A DNA stretch of 60,562 bases, counting the filler, from Fonticula-like sp. SCN 57-25 (taxonomy: Eukaryota): assembly GCA_001724245.1 (NCBI GenBank). It is 4 parts of 4 records of this genome, joined end to end, with 100 filler letters (N's around TTAATTAATTAA, not from the genome) between each part and the next. Parts side by side here need not be neighbours in the genome. Positions count along the whole stretch, not along the records: positions 1 to 15,062 come from MEDX01000146.1; positions 15,163 to 30,170 come from MEDX01000147.1; 2 more parts are not named here. One strand, given 5' to 3'. Made by a program: the position numbers and the translations under genes. Numbering within the stretch: the first letter of the stretch is position 1; the number at the start of each line of letters is the position of its first letter. A model generated the notes under the pieces. That model did no database searches. It was given only the letters and a program-made list of their open reading frames with translations, and was not told where the DNA came from. Of the stretch, positions 10,973-24,613 are shown one piece after another.

Positions 10973-13900
10973 ATGGCCACGACGGGGCGGCGGCGGGCAT
11001 CTTTGGCGGCCGATGTCCGCGCCGTGTCGCAGTGCTCGCGGCAGAGCGAGCGCCGCACTATGTGGCAAGACCTTATAGCGCGATTACGGCTGGACGCGTC
11101 AGAGGACTGGAGCGAGGCGGTCGTGGAGCTCATTGTCCATGTCAATGACGAGTGGCTACGATTGCGCGGGACGGTGACGAGCAAATCCCCGAGGCTGACG
11201 GATCTCACGCTGGCGACGTCGTGCCTTCGGCTAGCTGTTTCTTTGGCATGCAAACCAAGCGAGAAACTGGCGCTCCTTTCCGACCAGCGGCAGATTGTAG
11301 TGCACTGTGTGAAAATCATGCGCGACACCCCCGCGGGTGACCTGCTGCCGATCGCCCTCGACCATGTCCGCACACTTCAAAGCATGCTGGCGGTCAAGGC
11401 GTACCGCGACTCGCTTACAGCACAGGACTGGGCGGCCATCATGTCTGCGTCGTCAGCGATCATGCGGGATCACGGGCGGCGGGGAAACCCTGCGGCCATT
11501 CTTATGTATTCGCTCCTGCTATGCTGCCCTCCAGTGTCCTCCCTGCCGGACATGCCGCCGCGAGCGCTGCTGGAAATAATTGCCTCTGCTATTGAGCAGA
11601 CGGCCAACGATGCCATTCATTTGTGCGTTTCACTTTTGGTTTGCCGCGTTTCTAATTCTTGTCGCAGAACTTATTTGCTTGCCGGGTTCTCCCACTTTCT
11701 GCTCGAATACGCCCCTGTGCTGAGTCTCCAAACGACGCTGCACGGCATTTTTCAATCAATTCTTTCCCTTCTTTTGGACGCCAAACCGCCGGCACGCCGG
11801 TTTGCGCTTGAGAGCATACGCACATGCATCTCTGCCGGCATTCTGACGCCTTCCTCGCCGCTCATCTCGCGCCTCCGCTCGAGCTTGGCAAACCTTCCGC
11901 GCATGCCGAATCGCGCGCAGTCTTTTCACCCGACCGCGGCCTTTACCGGCGGGTTGTACGACTCTGACCGCGAGGTTCTTGTTCACCTCGCCGCACTCGC
12001 CTTTGATGCGGTCACGGTGACTGAGGTGGTCGACACTGAGAGCGAAGACGACGACGTGCCGCGCGGCCGCCCGGCAAAGCGGGCCCGCTTTTCAGACGCG
12101 TCGGGCTGCCTCGCGCACATGTTTGATGCGATCTGCGCTTGGGACCGCGCGCCGCACCTCGCCGCCGTGTGCATCGACGTTCTCGGCATCATTGCCCTCA
12201 ACTCTACCCCTGCCCGGTTCTCTCGCTGGGACAATTCGGTGCGCGCGGCCTTGCAGGCGCTCGCCACGGCGGACGACATTGATATGCATCGCGATTTGCG
12301 CCGTGCCGCCATCGACCTGTGCGCCACCCTGGCCGCGCGCCACCCCGACGTAGTCATCGCCTGCGCGCCACAATGTACACCATCCGTGTTTTCAATAACC
12401 GTCGCTGCTCTATCAAGTTCCCAGGCCGGCCCTTTCATGCACGACGCCGCCAGCCGTGCACTTGAGGCGCTGCTTTGTGCGCCGGCAGATGTGCAGAGCG
12501 CCGCGGGCATCGCGACCGACGCGAACACGTACAAGTCGCTGTTGCGCTTGATGACGGACCGGCGTGTGCTGCCCACTGGGCCCGGACTCTTGGCCGCGTC
12601 GGTCATTCTAAACGGCGCGCAGGCCACGCTGGGTGCAACGGCAGCACTGGACGCGCTCCTGTCGTGGCTGTCGCTGTTTGTTGGCGCGGACGCCACAGTG
12701 ACCGCCGACGACGTTCTGCTTGCCAACCCTGGCGCCCTATCAGAGCTCGCGACAAGCGTTTTGTATGGCGAGCCGTCGGCGCTGTGTCTTTCCAACCCGC
12801 CCTTTGCGGTGCGCGATTCTGCATTCCAGAGCGCGTGCGAGGCGCGGCTCGTATCGTCATATCGGACACAAGCGTCTCTTTTGCCGCTTGCTCCCGCGGC
12901 GACTCGCTCCACATTATCGAGCGCGCCAGCGCGGCAGAGGGTTGCTCGAGACACCAACTTGTCGCGCGCTCTGGCCCAAAAGGTGATTGAGTGGCTTATG
13001 GATCAACTTCAAAGGGCGCTCGAGGTGGTATCATCGAGCACGGGGGCAACGGCGGAGGCCGGCGGCCGTCCGGACGAGATTTCACTGCGAACGGTTCGGC
13101 TAAATCGTTGATGTCCTTGTGCTAACTTTTAATGATAGATGGCGCTGTGCCACCTGACCTTTGCTGCTTCGTTTGCTGCACTGGACGGCGCGTTTACCAC
13201 ACCGGCGCTCGTTGAGCGCTCTGGCATTGTGCACCTGGCGATCAAAGTGTTTGATCATTGCTGCACCATGGGTTCGCGAACAATTTTATTAGGTCTAAGC
13301 TTACGTTGTCAATTGCAGTCGCCAAGCTGAATCAAGAGGCAAAGCTTCGAATGCTGCACGTTCTGGAGGCAATGTTTGGTCTCGTAGACGTGTCGCTCGA
13401 CTCTTTTCACTTGCTAGAACGTGCGTTTGATTATTTTCTTGTACTGTCTAATTGCGTTGTTCCACAGAGAGCGCCTTTAGGGCACCGCCAGATGCACCGA
13501 CGTCATCCATCTTTCAATGCACCGAGCAGCGTCGCCGCCAGCTCGCCCCCCTGCTGGCATGCATCAACGCCACATGCGCCTCTTTGCTGAGCGTACTTCC
13601 GTCGACGCCGCAGAGCGAAACTGTGCCGGGCAGTGGCGGGTCGAGCGACGCCTCTCCTTCCGCTGACGGTGTTCTCCATCCCGCCACCGAGGCACTGATT
13701 GAGCCCGGTCTGGTAACGCTACAGGCGCGATGGCGCCGTGCGTGTGCGCGCGTGTGGCTCGCTTCCATCTGTCTCGACGCCTGCGATGCTCCGCTTGCGG
13801 TGCCCCACATTCTGCAGAGCCTTCTGGGACAGGACGTCACGGCGGGCGACTACACCTGCATCACCTACTTTGCCGACGCCGCTCTGCAGCGCGCACTCTT

Positions 13901-15062
13901 CCTTGAGCTGCTGAGCATGCAGACGAACCGGCTTGCAGAGGTGAAAGGCCGCAAGCAGGGACAAGCGCCGCTGTTCGAATCAATACGGGTGCTGGTGCGG
14001 CTGCTGTGCGCCGCAGCGCCCGTGCTGCTGCGCGATGTGGACGAGACGGTTAGGCAGCGGTTCCAGGACGTCTACCTCGTACGATTTGTTTTCTCTGTCG
14101 TCATGTTGGCCTGACACGAGCGTGCTGTAGCCCATAGTTCAGGTGTTTCACGAGGGTGCGGGCGGCTGGTCGCTGCGCACCGAGATTATCTGCTGTCTGT
14201 ACCGCTGCTTTTTGCACGACGAGCACCGCGTTTTTGAGATCAGCCACGCTGATTTCAAGCATTTCGAGCCGTGGGCGGCCTTGTCGTCCGCGCCACTCCT
14301 GCTTGACGAGCGGTTCCTCGTCCGCCAGGCGCATGCCATCGCCGTCTGCAGCGTGTTTGACGATCATGTCGAGTTTGTCCACGAAACGTTCTGGTCCGCC
14401 CTGGCGCCCGCTTTTCGCCAGTTGGCGACGGCGCGCCAGCCGCTTCGGTCCGTTGTCGTCACGGCGGCTCACTTGATGGGCCGGCTTGCGAGCAGCAGCA
14501 GCATTGTTTTGCGTCACGCGATTCATTTCCTCTTGTTCAAGTTTGAAGCGGCTCAGGCGTCGCTGCGGTCCGAGGTTCTCTTGTCGATCGCGCGCCACTA
14601 CAAGCTGTCATCATCGCTTGAGCTGGTCGGCGCGCTGGCGCCGGTCTTTTGGGAGAAGCACGTCTCTGCGCTCAGCAAGCTGCCCGCCGACCTCGCGCCG
14701 GTGATTGGGTCCCGGTCCACTTTCGAGAAGCTACTGGGCCCCCGAGTGATCGCCGCCGCGGCCGTCCGACTAAGGTCGCTACAGCCGCTCAAGGATTGCG
14801 CAGCGCAGCAAAAATGCAGCTTGAGCACCATCGTTGATCAGGTACGCAATCATTGACTCTTGCTTAGTCACACTGACTTGCCCAGTTTGCCGATGCGATT
14901 GCGTCTCAGTACTGGATCGCGAGCGTGAACGACCCCGGCGCTGCGGCTCAATTTCTCAAGCTTTTGACCGGGGCAAACGTCGATGTTACACTGGTGATCA
15001 CCCCGGCGCCCAATATGCCGCTCGCTTCTCTCTTGTGGTCCCTTTTCAGCATGTTTGACGGC
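10973..15062 (+). CDS. ATM: ATM/Tel1 kinase N-terminal region (TAN domain plus HEAT repeats), truncated at the contig end
   Basis: N-terminal RxxERxxxxxL, EWLRL...RLTDLTLATSCLRLAV, PIALDHVRTLQSML...LTAQDW and NLS PAKRARF resemble the Tel1/ATM TAN region. Multiple short introns. The kinase domain is not in the window. Confidence 0.6.
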
Positions 15063-15162
15063 NNNNNNNNNNNNNNNNNNNNNNNNNNNNNNNNNNNNNN
15101 NNNNNNTTAATTAATTAANNNNNNNNNNNNNNNNNNNNNNNNNNNNNNNNNNNNNNNNNNNN
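15063..15162. other. Artificial contig-joining spacer N44-TTAATTAATTAA-N44
   Basis: Exactly 100 nt with a core giving stop codons in all six frames; identical to the two other spacers. Confidence 0.97.
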
Positions 15163-15318
15163 GACATCCGCTCGTCGCCGGGTACAAACTGACTTGATTT
15201 GATCAGTTCACTTTGGAATTTGAACCACGTGGTCGGATGATCATAGGTGAGCGCACCGTGGGATGACTCATCGAGTGAAATGATGAGTCAGCATTGTCCC
15301 TTTGTTGATCAAGTGCCG

Positions 15319-16384
15319 ATGTCGGGATTGAGGCGGGCGCCGCTGCTGGTCAAGGCGGAATGGGTCAAGGCCAATTTGGGCAAGGTTCGCGTGTTTGACA
15401 GCAGCTGGTATCTGCCTGCCATGCAGCGCAATGCGTACCAGGAGTACCTCGATGGCCACATCCCGTCGGCGCACTTTTTCGACATTGACGAGATCTCGGA
15501 CAAGTCGTCATCGCTGCCGCACATGCTGCCGCCAAAGGAAAAGTTTGAGGACTTTGTCGGCGGCTGTGGCGTCAGCAACGACGACCACGTGGTGGTTTAC
15601 GACGGTAAGGGGATCTTTTCTGCGTGCCGCGTCTTTTGGACGTTCCGGGTACGCGGGGGATCAGAAGTGGCATTGATGATTGGGATGATATGGGCATGTC
15701 ATTGGTACAATATTGGCATTTATGAGCATGATATTGTCATATTATGGCGTGTTATGTGCATGCAGTGGTCATATTGTGAATATTATGGAATGATGTCATT
15801 GGACATGGCGGTGATCATCTCTTCCTCTCATCGCCCCACTGACCCTGACTCCTCAGGCCTTTGGCCACACGAATGTGTCTGTGCTTGACGGCGGCCTCCC
15901 CCACTGGCGCTCCCTCTCGCTTCCCCTCGAGAGCGGCGCCCCCCCCGCCACCCCCCCCGCTCGCTTCTCCGCCACCCTCCAGCCGCGCCTCATCGCCTCC
16001 CTCGCCGACGTCCGCACCGCCGCCGCCACCCAGTCAGCCGCCATCCTCGACGCCCGCCCACGTGGTCGCTGGGCAGGTATTGACCCCGAGCCGCGCGCTG
16101 GCCTTCCGAGCGGCCACGTGCCGACGTCCGTCTCGCTTCCCTTTTCAGCGGTGCTCACGCCCGACGGCACGCGCTTCAAGCAGCCCGACGAGCTGCGCGC
16201 CATGTTTGACGCGCTCGGCGTCGGAAAGGAAAGAAAGTCGATTTTCACGTGCGGAAGTGGCGTGACGGCGTGCGTCATTGAGATGGCGGCGCTGATCGCG
16301 GGGGGGGAGGAGGGGAGCGTGTATGATGGCGCGTGGGCAGAGTACGGATCTCAAAAGGATGCCATCATCGCCACGGAAAAGTAG
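15319..16384 (+). CDS. MPST: 3-mercaptopyruvate/thiosulfate sulfurtransferase (tandem rhodanese)
   Basis: DSSWYLP...GHIPSAHFFDIDEISD...PHMLP; intron ~15649-15857; DARPRGRW...EPRAGLPSGHVP; active loop CGSGVTA; YDGAWAEY. Confidence 0.93.
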
Positions 16385-16572
16385 AGTTAATACGTGTTAT
16401 TAAGGGAGTAAAATGCAATATGTTATGTTTAATAAAAGACGTTTATTCAGTACCATATCATACACATAGACTTTATTTATGCTATAATTGTGCTACATTA
16501 CTATACGTTCTTTGTCCCTTTGATATCATCTGACCACGTGGCCAACTGCCCCTCCAGTTTAGTGTTTCGACG

Positions 16573-17109
16573 ATGGCCGACAAGGTACGTGCCGATGCGC
16601 CCTGATGTTCCGCTCGCTAACCCGCTGCGCAGAGCGTTGCCAACTCCCTGAACCAGCTCCTCCAGCGGTACACGCGTGCCTTTCTTCTCCCTTCTTCTTA
16701 TTGACATATACTGCTTTAGGGTCCCTGGCCTCGAGGGCGTCATCATCAGCGACCGCGATGGCGTTGTTGTGATGAAAGGTACGCATCCCCGCTCGCCGCA
16801 TCCCTCTTTCGTCGCTGCTGACGCGCCTCTTCATTAGCTGTAATTGACTCTCTCCCCGCGTCCTACTATGACTCTTCGGTCGGCGCGACCTTTTCCTCGA
16901 GCGCCGATCAGGCGAGCAAGATGTTTTCGCTGGGCAAGAACCAGTCGATCCTGACGACGATGGGGACGCGCCAGCTCGTGCAGCACAACTACAGCCCGCT
17001 GACGCTCACGCTCGTTGCGCAAAAGTCGGCAAACACGGGCGTGCTGCTCGACGTGGCGCAGTCGCTCGAGGGCGTCCTCCAGCAGGTCGGCCGCTCCGTC
17101 TCGGCATAG
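16573..17109 (+). CDS. LAMTOR3: Ragulator subunit LAMTOR3/MP1 (roadblock fold)
   Basis: Spliced with 3 introns: VPGLEGVIISDRDGVVVMK...TFSSSADQASKMFSLGKNQSI...QLVQHNYSPLTLTLVAQKSANTGVLL. Confidence 0.88.
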
Positions 17110-17438
17110 CAAACCTTTTAGTCTGTACAGAATAATAGCCTTGAAAAGAAAGTAGTATATAGAGAGGGTTCATTTATGGAGAGCACACCACTTGGAGTGC
17201 AATACAGAGCAATATAGAGCAAAACATTCATATTTGAACACACACACAAGAACGATCCACTTTTACTTGTGCACATTTCCTTTGTGATTTGTTCCTCTTC
17301 CCCTTCAATACACACTAAAATATGGATCAAAAGTATTATTAATGTACAGAGCGCCCCTGCCACATGAGCATCCGGCCCCAAAAAGAAATCAAAACATAAT
17401 TGTACACGGCTCTATGCCATCATCATCTTCCTCTTTTC

Positions 17439-20400
17439 CTACTCTGTCTGCGTCGCAATGCTCTTCACCGCCACACGCTGCCTGCGCTCCACCACAACAG
17501 ACCCGTCAGCCAGCTCTTCCAGCACAACCACTCTGCTCACCGGCCTCTTCACCGGCCTCTCCTCATCATCTGCCGACGGCGAAACACCCCTCGACGCACT
17601 CCTCGCGAGCGTGAGCAGCGCCTTGCTGCTGCGCCGCCTAAAAAGCGCGCCGGGGTCGTCCCGCCTGAGCAGCTCTTCTTCCGTGCGCGCCTCGTGCGGC
17701 GTGAACAGCACAAGCACGGCGTCGCGGTCGGAAGGGTCGGGGCCGAGCAGCACGCTCGCGCGGCGCGTCAGCTCGACACCGCTCGCCGCCGCCACCGCCG
17801 ACGACCGCTTTGACCGAATAGAGCCAAAATGGTTGGCGGTCGTCGTCGGCGATGGGGAAAGCGGCGACAGCGGCGGCGGCTGCGGAGCGGCGGAAGGGGC
17901 GGAAAGTGAATTTTTGGTCGTTGTGACGGAAAGCGCGGGAAGAGACGAAACGGACGTTGGCGGCGAATTGCTCGAAGAGCGGCCGAAAAAGGCGGAAAGG
18001 CGCGAGGAGATCGACCGCTTCTTCTTCTCGGGCGTCGACGCGGACGAAGAGGGAGACTCGGCGACCACCTGGCGGCTGCTCTGCCTCGGCGGCGGCGCTG
18101 CGGCTTCCATCCCGAGCAGTGCCTCTGCAAGTGAAATTTCCGGCTCGGAACGCGTCTTTTGCGGCGACGTCGATACACTTGGCGACCTTTGCGGCGACAC
18201 ATTTTGGGGTTTAATCGGCGTCGGCGACACAATTGACGGCGACTGCGACTGCAGCACGCTTGGCGCGCTCTTGTGCGCATTCGGCGGGACAAGTTCGTCA
18301 CCCAAATGTCTCGATTCACCTTGCCTGCCTTCGTTGTCGTCTGCCGCAGCGTAGCTCGCGAGTGCCGAGCTGGCGGTCGACGACGGCGGAATTCCTTCTT
18401 CCATGACGGGCGATAGACGCATCCCGCCCTTCATTGCCGCGTCATACGACGCGCGGCGAATGTCTGCCCCAGACGCAGAGCTCACAATCACAGTCGGAAT
18501 ATCATTCTCAGAAGACTGAAGCTGAGCCTGAGCAACGGCGGCAGCGTGGTCACTGGCGGACGGCGGCTTGCTATTGGCCGCTCCGCCGTCGGCCGCTTCC
18601 GTGTCGGCCACTGGCGCCGCCTGCACTTCGGCCGCGGCGAGTGTCGGCTGCTCGTCATGCTGCGACGCGCCATTGGGAACTGCAATCTGAAGAGGCTTGT
18701 TGTTACGCCTGCGGTTCGACAGGGCGACGACGGGCGCCGCGACGGGCGACGTTGTCGTGTCGACATCAAGATCTTCACGTGACATGCTGCGTCTCTTTAG
18801 CAACGACACTGCGCGCGGCGCCTTGCCTGGGGAAATTGCATTGTCCGCTGCGACTTGTTCCACCGGCGATGGGATTGGCGACGCTGTCGGGAGCGGCGAC
18901 ATGATGAGTCTCTGCGGGAGCAATGGCGACGACGCGAGGCTCGAGTCGCGCGCGCTGAGCGGCACGCGCCGCGTCGAATCCGTCTCTGCGACGAACGGGT
19001 GGCGCAACAGTGTCGCCACGTCGGGCCGCGCCTGCGGGTCGCTCGCGCAGCACTGCGCCACAAAGTCGACCGCGTCGGGCGACGCCCACGGCGGCAGCTT
19101 CGGCGGCTCCTTGCACTTTGCAATGTGAAAGATGGCGGCGATTTCCTGGCTGAACTGGTACCACGGCGGGCGCGCCGTCGCCATCTCGACGACAGTGGCA
19201 CCGACAGACCATACGTCGGCGGGGCGGCCGTACGGGTGGCGGCGGACGACTTCGGGCGCCATCCAGTACGGCGTCCCGGCCATCTCCATGAGGGCGGCGG
19301 AGCGGTCGTCAATGCCGGCGAGGATTTTCGTCGCCATGCCAAAGTCGGCGAGCTTGACGGTGCCTTGGGCGTCGACGAGCAGGTTGGCGCCTTTAATGTC
19401 GCGGTGGACAAGGTTGTGCTCGTGGAGGTACGCGAGGCCTTGCAAGACTTGGCGGGTGTAGACGCGGATGAGTTTCTCGTCAAAGGAGCCAAACTTGGTC
19501 AGAAGAGAGTGGATAGAGCCACCGGGAACATATCTAGAGGGAAAGGTATTAGAGAACACAAAGAAAACATGCATAAAAAGTGATAAAAAACAAAGTAAAA
19601 TGGGCAAAAATATCAAGGAAAACATTAATCAATGAGACGTACTCTAAGAAGACGGTTGTGCATGATCCCTCGTACTCGACTCCGAGATACCGCACAATAT
19701 TGCTGTGATCGAGCGTCCGCAGCACCTCCATCTCCTTGATAAGCTGCTGCACTCTCTATCAAACAACGTCCATCAGCACCAACCATACAATAAAACAATA
19801 AACGAACCCCCTTCATGTTTGGCGCCTTGTCACCATGCTCGACCTGCTTTACTGCCATGAGCTCGCCCGTGTCAATGTTCAGTCCGAGGTAGACCTGCCC
19901 GACAGCGCCGCTGCCAATCATCTCGCCCATCACCCAGTTGATGCGCTCCGTGCGCGTGATCGAGTTGCGGCGTGACGGCGAGATCATTGGGCCGCCGGCG
20001 CCGGTGGGCGTCGCGCTCGGGACGGGGCCGCCAAAGCCAAGTGCTTGATTTACGGGCGTGACGGAGCGGCGGCCAGACTTGTCCACCATGAAGAAGCGCA
20101 GAGTGTCATTGGAAAAGGCCTCGTCAAGGTCGTTCTGGCCTTTGATGAACAGCAAATCGCCCTCATTGTCTTCATCTGAAAGGGGGGAAAACACGGAAAA
20201 TCGCGTCAGAACACGGTAAAAACAATAATAAAGGGCGTACAGCACATGACGTGGCTCTCGTGGCACTCAAACTCGCTCGACAAAAACTCTTGAAAGGCCG
20301 AAAGAGTAATGTTTTGACTCACGCAGAAACGCCGCGACTCATTATTGTGCGAGCACTTGAAGTGAATCTACAGCAATAGTCAGTAAAATTCAAAGCAAAA

Positions 20401-22977
20401 GTGACACAACACATTGCAAAAATCGTCTTTTGGCACACTATCTGTCCCACTTATGACCCATTCCCGCACCTTTGCGTCCGGCCTGTATCTGTTGACCGCC
20501 GCGTTCTCCACCCCGCTAATCCACAGCCTCATATTCGCCTCGCTCGGCGCCTGCAGCACAAACGTCTTGTACGTGCTCCGCAGCTCAAAGCACGCGGGCC
20601 TATCCGGCACATCGACCGGCGTCGCCACCGTGTGCAGCAAATTGGCCGCAAAGGCAAGCGACGTGTCCGACTCGCGCCGGCCATACATCAAGAGGCCCTC
20701 GCGGATGCAGAACCAGCGCCGCACCCACGTGGACCGACCAAAGGTTCCGGGCGTCTTCTTGTAAAGGTAGCCCGCGAGGCCGTCCGAGAGCGGCGGCCGC
20801 TTTGCGCGCTCGACGTCGGGGTCGCTGCTGCCGCTGCCGCTGCCGCTGCCGGTGAGCCGCCGCACCAGGCGCATGGCAGAGTCGGCCTTGCCGGCCGTCG
20901 AAACTTGCGGGCGGGCCGACTCGTCTTCCTTGAGCGTCCCCTGAGACGTGTCGAGGTCGACCGACCGCGAGCGGCGCTCAGCGGGCATCGATACGCGCTG
21001 CGCGTCCAGGCTGCTTCCTTGCACGCGCTCGACAAGGTCAAACATGCGGCGGTCGTCGCCGGCGACCTGTCCCAGCTGCGTCAGGTGAAGACGGTCCGAC
21101 GTCGGCGGCGAGGGTGATGACGTGGAAGGTGGGAGAGAAGGCGGCGGCGTCGACGACATGACCGACGACGAGGACGCCTGCGACGGCAAAAAGTACGTCG
21201 GCGAGCCGCGCGGCGACGCGTCATAGAGCGGAGAGCCACGGCCGCTCGCGGGCGCGTTGCCAATACTGCTCGACTTTTGGTGGTTGCCCGAGAGCGTCGA
21301 CGCGCGAGCCGCTTCCTTTAGCTGCTGCAGCTGCGCCTGGGCCTGCATCTGCGCCAGCTGCTGCGGGCTCTGCCGCTCGGCGCTCCACGAGGTCAGCGAT
21401 GGCGGGACGAGCGGCGCGCCGCCCTGAGCGCTGCGGCGGTGGTGCTGCGACGGGTGCGCGCCAGGTCGCTCGAGGAGAAGCTCGGGCGGCGGCCGGCTCG
21501 AGATTGTGTTGGCGGGCGAGCTGGACGAACGGCCGTGGTAGCGCGGCGCGGCGCCCGAGCGCTGCTGTAGGTACGGCGGCTGCTGGCTGTACTGCTGCTG
21601 CTGCGCCTGCTGCTGCGGCATCTGCTGCTGGCCATAATACTGGATCGTCCTGCCGCGCGAGTGGCCCATCGACATTGGCATCGGGCGCGGGCTCGCGTGA
21701 AGTCGCTCGTCGGCGGCGTCGGCGCCGCCGCGGCGCACCTCGGCGTCGACCGACATGGTCAGACCGATGCGGTTCCGCGTCACGCGCGCGTTTGAGGCGA
21801 GGCTACCCGACGGCGACGGTGACTGCGAGGGGCTCTGCGTCGTCCCGTTCGTGCTCGAGCTGCCGGACAGCGAACCACTCGACGCCACTGCAGCGGACGC
21901 TAGCGACGACGCAGAGGGCGGCGCCGGCGGCGAGACGGGCGACTGCAGCGGAAGGAAAATCTCGTTCGACTTTGATGGGCGGTGCTGCGACTCGGCGGGC
22001 TTGCTGGGGCTCGCGAGCGCTGACGTCGACGCAGAGCGCACGTCAGCGTCCGACGCCGCGCGGCTGCGGAACGAGTGTTGCTTGGACTGGTTCCCCGCCG
22101 CGGCAGCAGCAGCAACCGCCGACGCCGAGTTGGACGACGACGAGCTACCAAACATGCGGCGGAGGCTGAGCCGCGAGTGGCGCTTGTGCGACGTCACTGC
22201 GTCCTCGACCGCGTCCGCCGAGAACGACTCGTGAAGCACGTCGTCGCCGCCGCGGGCCGACATGGGTGGCGTCTCGACCACGGACGACGACGGCGAGTGG
22301 CCCATGCCACCCGACGACAGCACAGGTGCCGCGTGGCGGTTGCGGCCGTCGCCCTTGGCCTGGCGCTGGTCATAATGTTTGCTGCGCGCCTGGCCAATGC
22401 GCTCTAGGAAAAGGTCCTGTGGGAGGACGCCTTTGACCTGGTCCGAGCGCTTTGGCTCAAAGGCGAGCCGCTGGATCGCCTCGATCCAGTTGGAGCGCTC
22501 AGTGTCATCGCTCGCCTGTAATACTATGCTGCGGCCGTTGGTTGTACTGAGGTAAAACGTGCTCATGCGGTCAGAACCGTACGCGAGCGCGGGGAAGCTG
22601 TCAGGGAGCGACAGAGCATCCTGAAAAGGGAGAGTGATCAGCAAGAAAAACGAGAAAGGCAAAATGCAAAAAGCGAACGCACCACTGGCTCGCTCTTGTT
22701 TCTATAGTCCTTCTCCGACGCAAAGAACAAAAGCTCCGACTTTGTCCACGTCCACGCGATCCCGATGAGCGATTCGGTGCGCAGCAAAACGACATAAAAC
22801 TCTTTCCAGGATGCCTTGTCCGAGTTGCGGTCTTGCCGCCGCCGGATGAGGCCTTCTTTGTGGATCGCCACGCGGACAGTCTCGCTCGACCGCGTCCTAA
22901 ACGCGCGCACACAATCTCGCGGTAAGTAAAGGAAAGGCAGGTTCATGTTGTGCGTACCGAACAAGCTCCACCGACAT
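17439..22977 (-). CDS. STE11/MEKK-family MAP kinase kinase kinase with two PH domains and a PB1 domain
   Basis: Kinase motifs [62 protein letters not shown]1 ends [18 protein letters not shown]2 is GYLYKK...WVRRWF...[18 protein letters not shown]1 is IHFKC...RRF...[20 protein letters not shown] after splicing. Confidence 0.85.
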
Positions 22978-23730
22978 GATGCTGCGGGCGAAAAGGGCTC
23001 AGCCGAGCAGATCGGTGGGCGCTCCCTCGCGAGGATGGAGCAATGGGGAAGAAAAAGGAGAAAAAATAGCAAGCAGAATGCCGCTAGTGTGCGCCCTTTC
23101 TCTCTCGTATGTGCTCTCCCCCTTTCCAGTACACAGGGGGGTAAGGGCAAGATCCCGCCTCAATCGCCCTCCTCTGCGATTTCAAAAGATCAACGCGAAA
23201 GAACCCAGCAGATACAAATACGCCCAGACAGCTGGAAAGTGGCGGATCTCCAAGGAGCCAGTAGGGGCAAGCTGGTATACGGCAAGGGTCGCGAAGCAGC
23301 CGAAACGGCCTTTCAAAGTTGCCGTCGGCCTCCTGCGCCGATGCGAAGCGGAGCTCTGTTGCGAGGTTGGGGATACGAGTCGACCGCTGCCAGGGCGCGG
23401 TTGATTGGTCAATCCGAAAAAGGCAATTGATGATGTCACCAAAAGGAGTCTGGACGTCGGCAGCCCGCGGGAAAATGCCGGGACAGCGCGACCAGCGACG
23501 ACCGTTGTACGTAAGCAAACGGATGGGCATAAACGCATGGCCAGAGGCCTTTCTAAGACAAGTGGACGTCAAGGAAGTATTGGGCATGCAGGAATTCCAA
23601 AGTGTTCCGACTCGTATTTCGATAAAAGGCGGAAAAATGATGCAATCCTTGCACGTAAAATGAAATAGCAAAGGTAATAACAAATAACAAAGGTAATAGT
23701 ACAAACAGAGTGCCATAGTACACCGTGTGA

Positions 23731-24613
23731 TTATAGGTTGAGTTCCTCAAACAGTTGGTCGACGATCATGTCGGGGGTGAGCTCGTCGCAGTCTGGCAAT
23801 GGCGCTGTCGGGAACCTCGCCTGAACGCACATACACATGTTAAGCATTATGTTCCATAATGATAAGGAAAATGTGCGTACCAGTCGTGGTGGTCGCGGCG
23901 CGGCGTTCGGCATTGGCCGTGCCCGCTGCTGGTCCGTCGTGCACACCTCGTCCTCCAGCATGGTGACGGCAATGTCCGCCGATTCCGTAGCTGTAAAGGC
24001 CGCCGGCAACTGCGGCTCAATTGATGGCCTGTATAAAATTCAAATGACACTGGTTAGCCACTGGGATCACGGCCGATTAGGGTAGAGCCGCGTACACTTT
24101 ATAGTAGGGATCACCAGAGAGCTGCCGCATTGACACTGTGATCTTGAGGGTCGAGTTGAGCTGCGAGTTTTGTAGTAGATAGAGGCGCGTCACAGACTTT
24201 GCGCCCGCAAAGGTCGAGAGGTCAGCGATGACATAGCCGAGTGGTTGGTCGCCCTTGTTGTTGTTGCTGTCCATGCGCGCGTGAAAGTGGACCGGGCGCG
24301 GGCGAAGGATGCCGTTGCTGTCCGCGCGAATACTCGTGTCAAACACAAACGGCTGGGACCACGTCACCATGTTCTTTGATACGTGAGCGCTGCGGCGCGG
24401 CGTTAGTCACAGTGCACAGCAGCAAGGCGAGTGCCGCAGCAAGAGCCGCAGAAATTGGTCGTACCGCTCAGTCACCCCCGACGCACTGCCGCCGCCCTTG
24501 ACCTTCCACCTTACCACCGTCGTCGCATTGACAACCGGGATGTTGGTCAGCTCCTCTATCTTCATGACCACCTCAAACTTCATGCGCGGGGGCTTTGACC
24601 TAAAGATATTCAT
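23731..24613 (-). CDS. EEIG1/EHBP1-type N-terminal C2 (NT-C2) domain protein (FAM102-like)
   Basis: KFEVVMKIEELTNIP...VRWK...VTWSQPF...LGYVIADLSTFAG...YLLQNSQLNSTLKITVSMRQLSGDPYYK; C-terminal PDMIVDQLF; 3 introns. Confidence 0.85.

Noticed and set aside
15107..15118. TTAATTAATTAA as a piggyBac target site or biological palindrome
   Set aside because: It is centred in identical N runs three times; it is an assembly linker.
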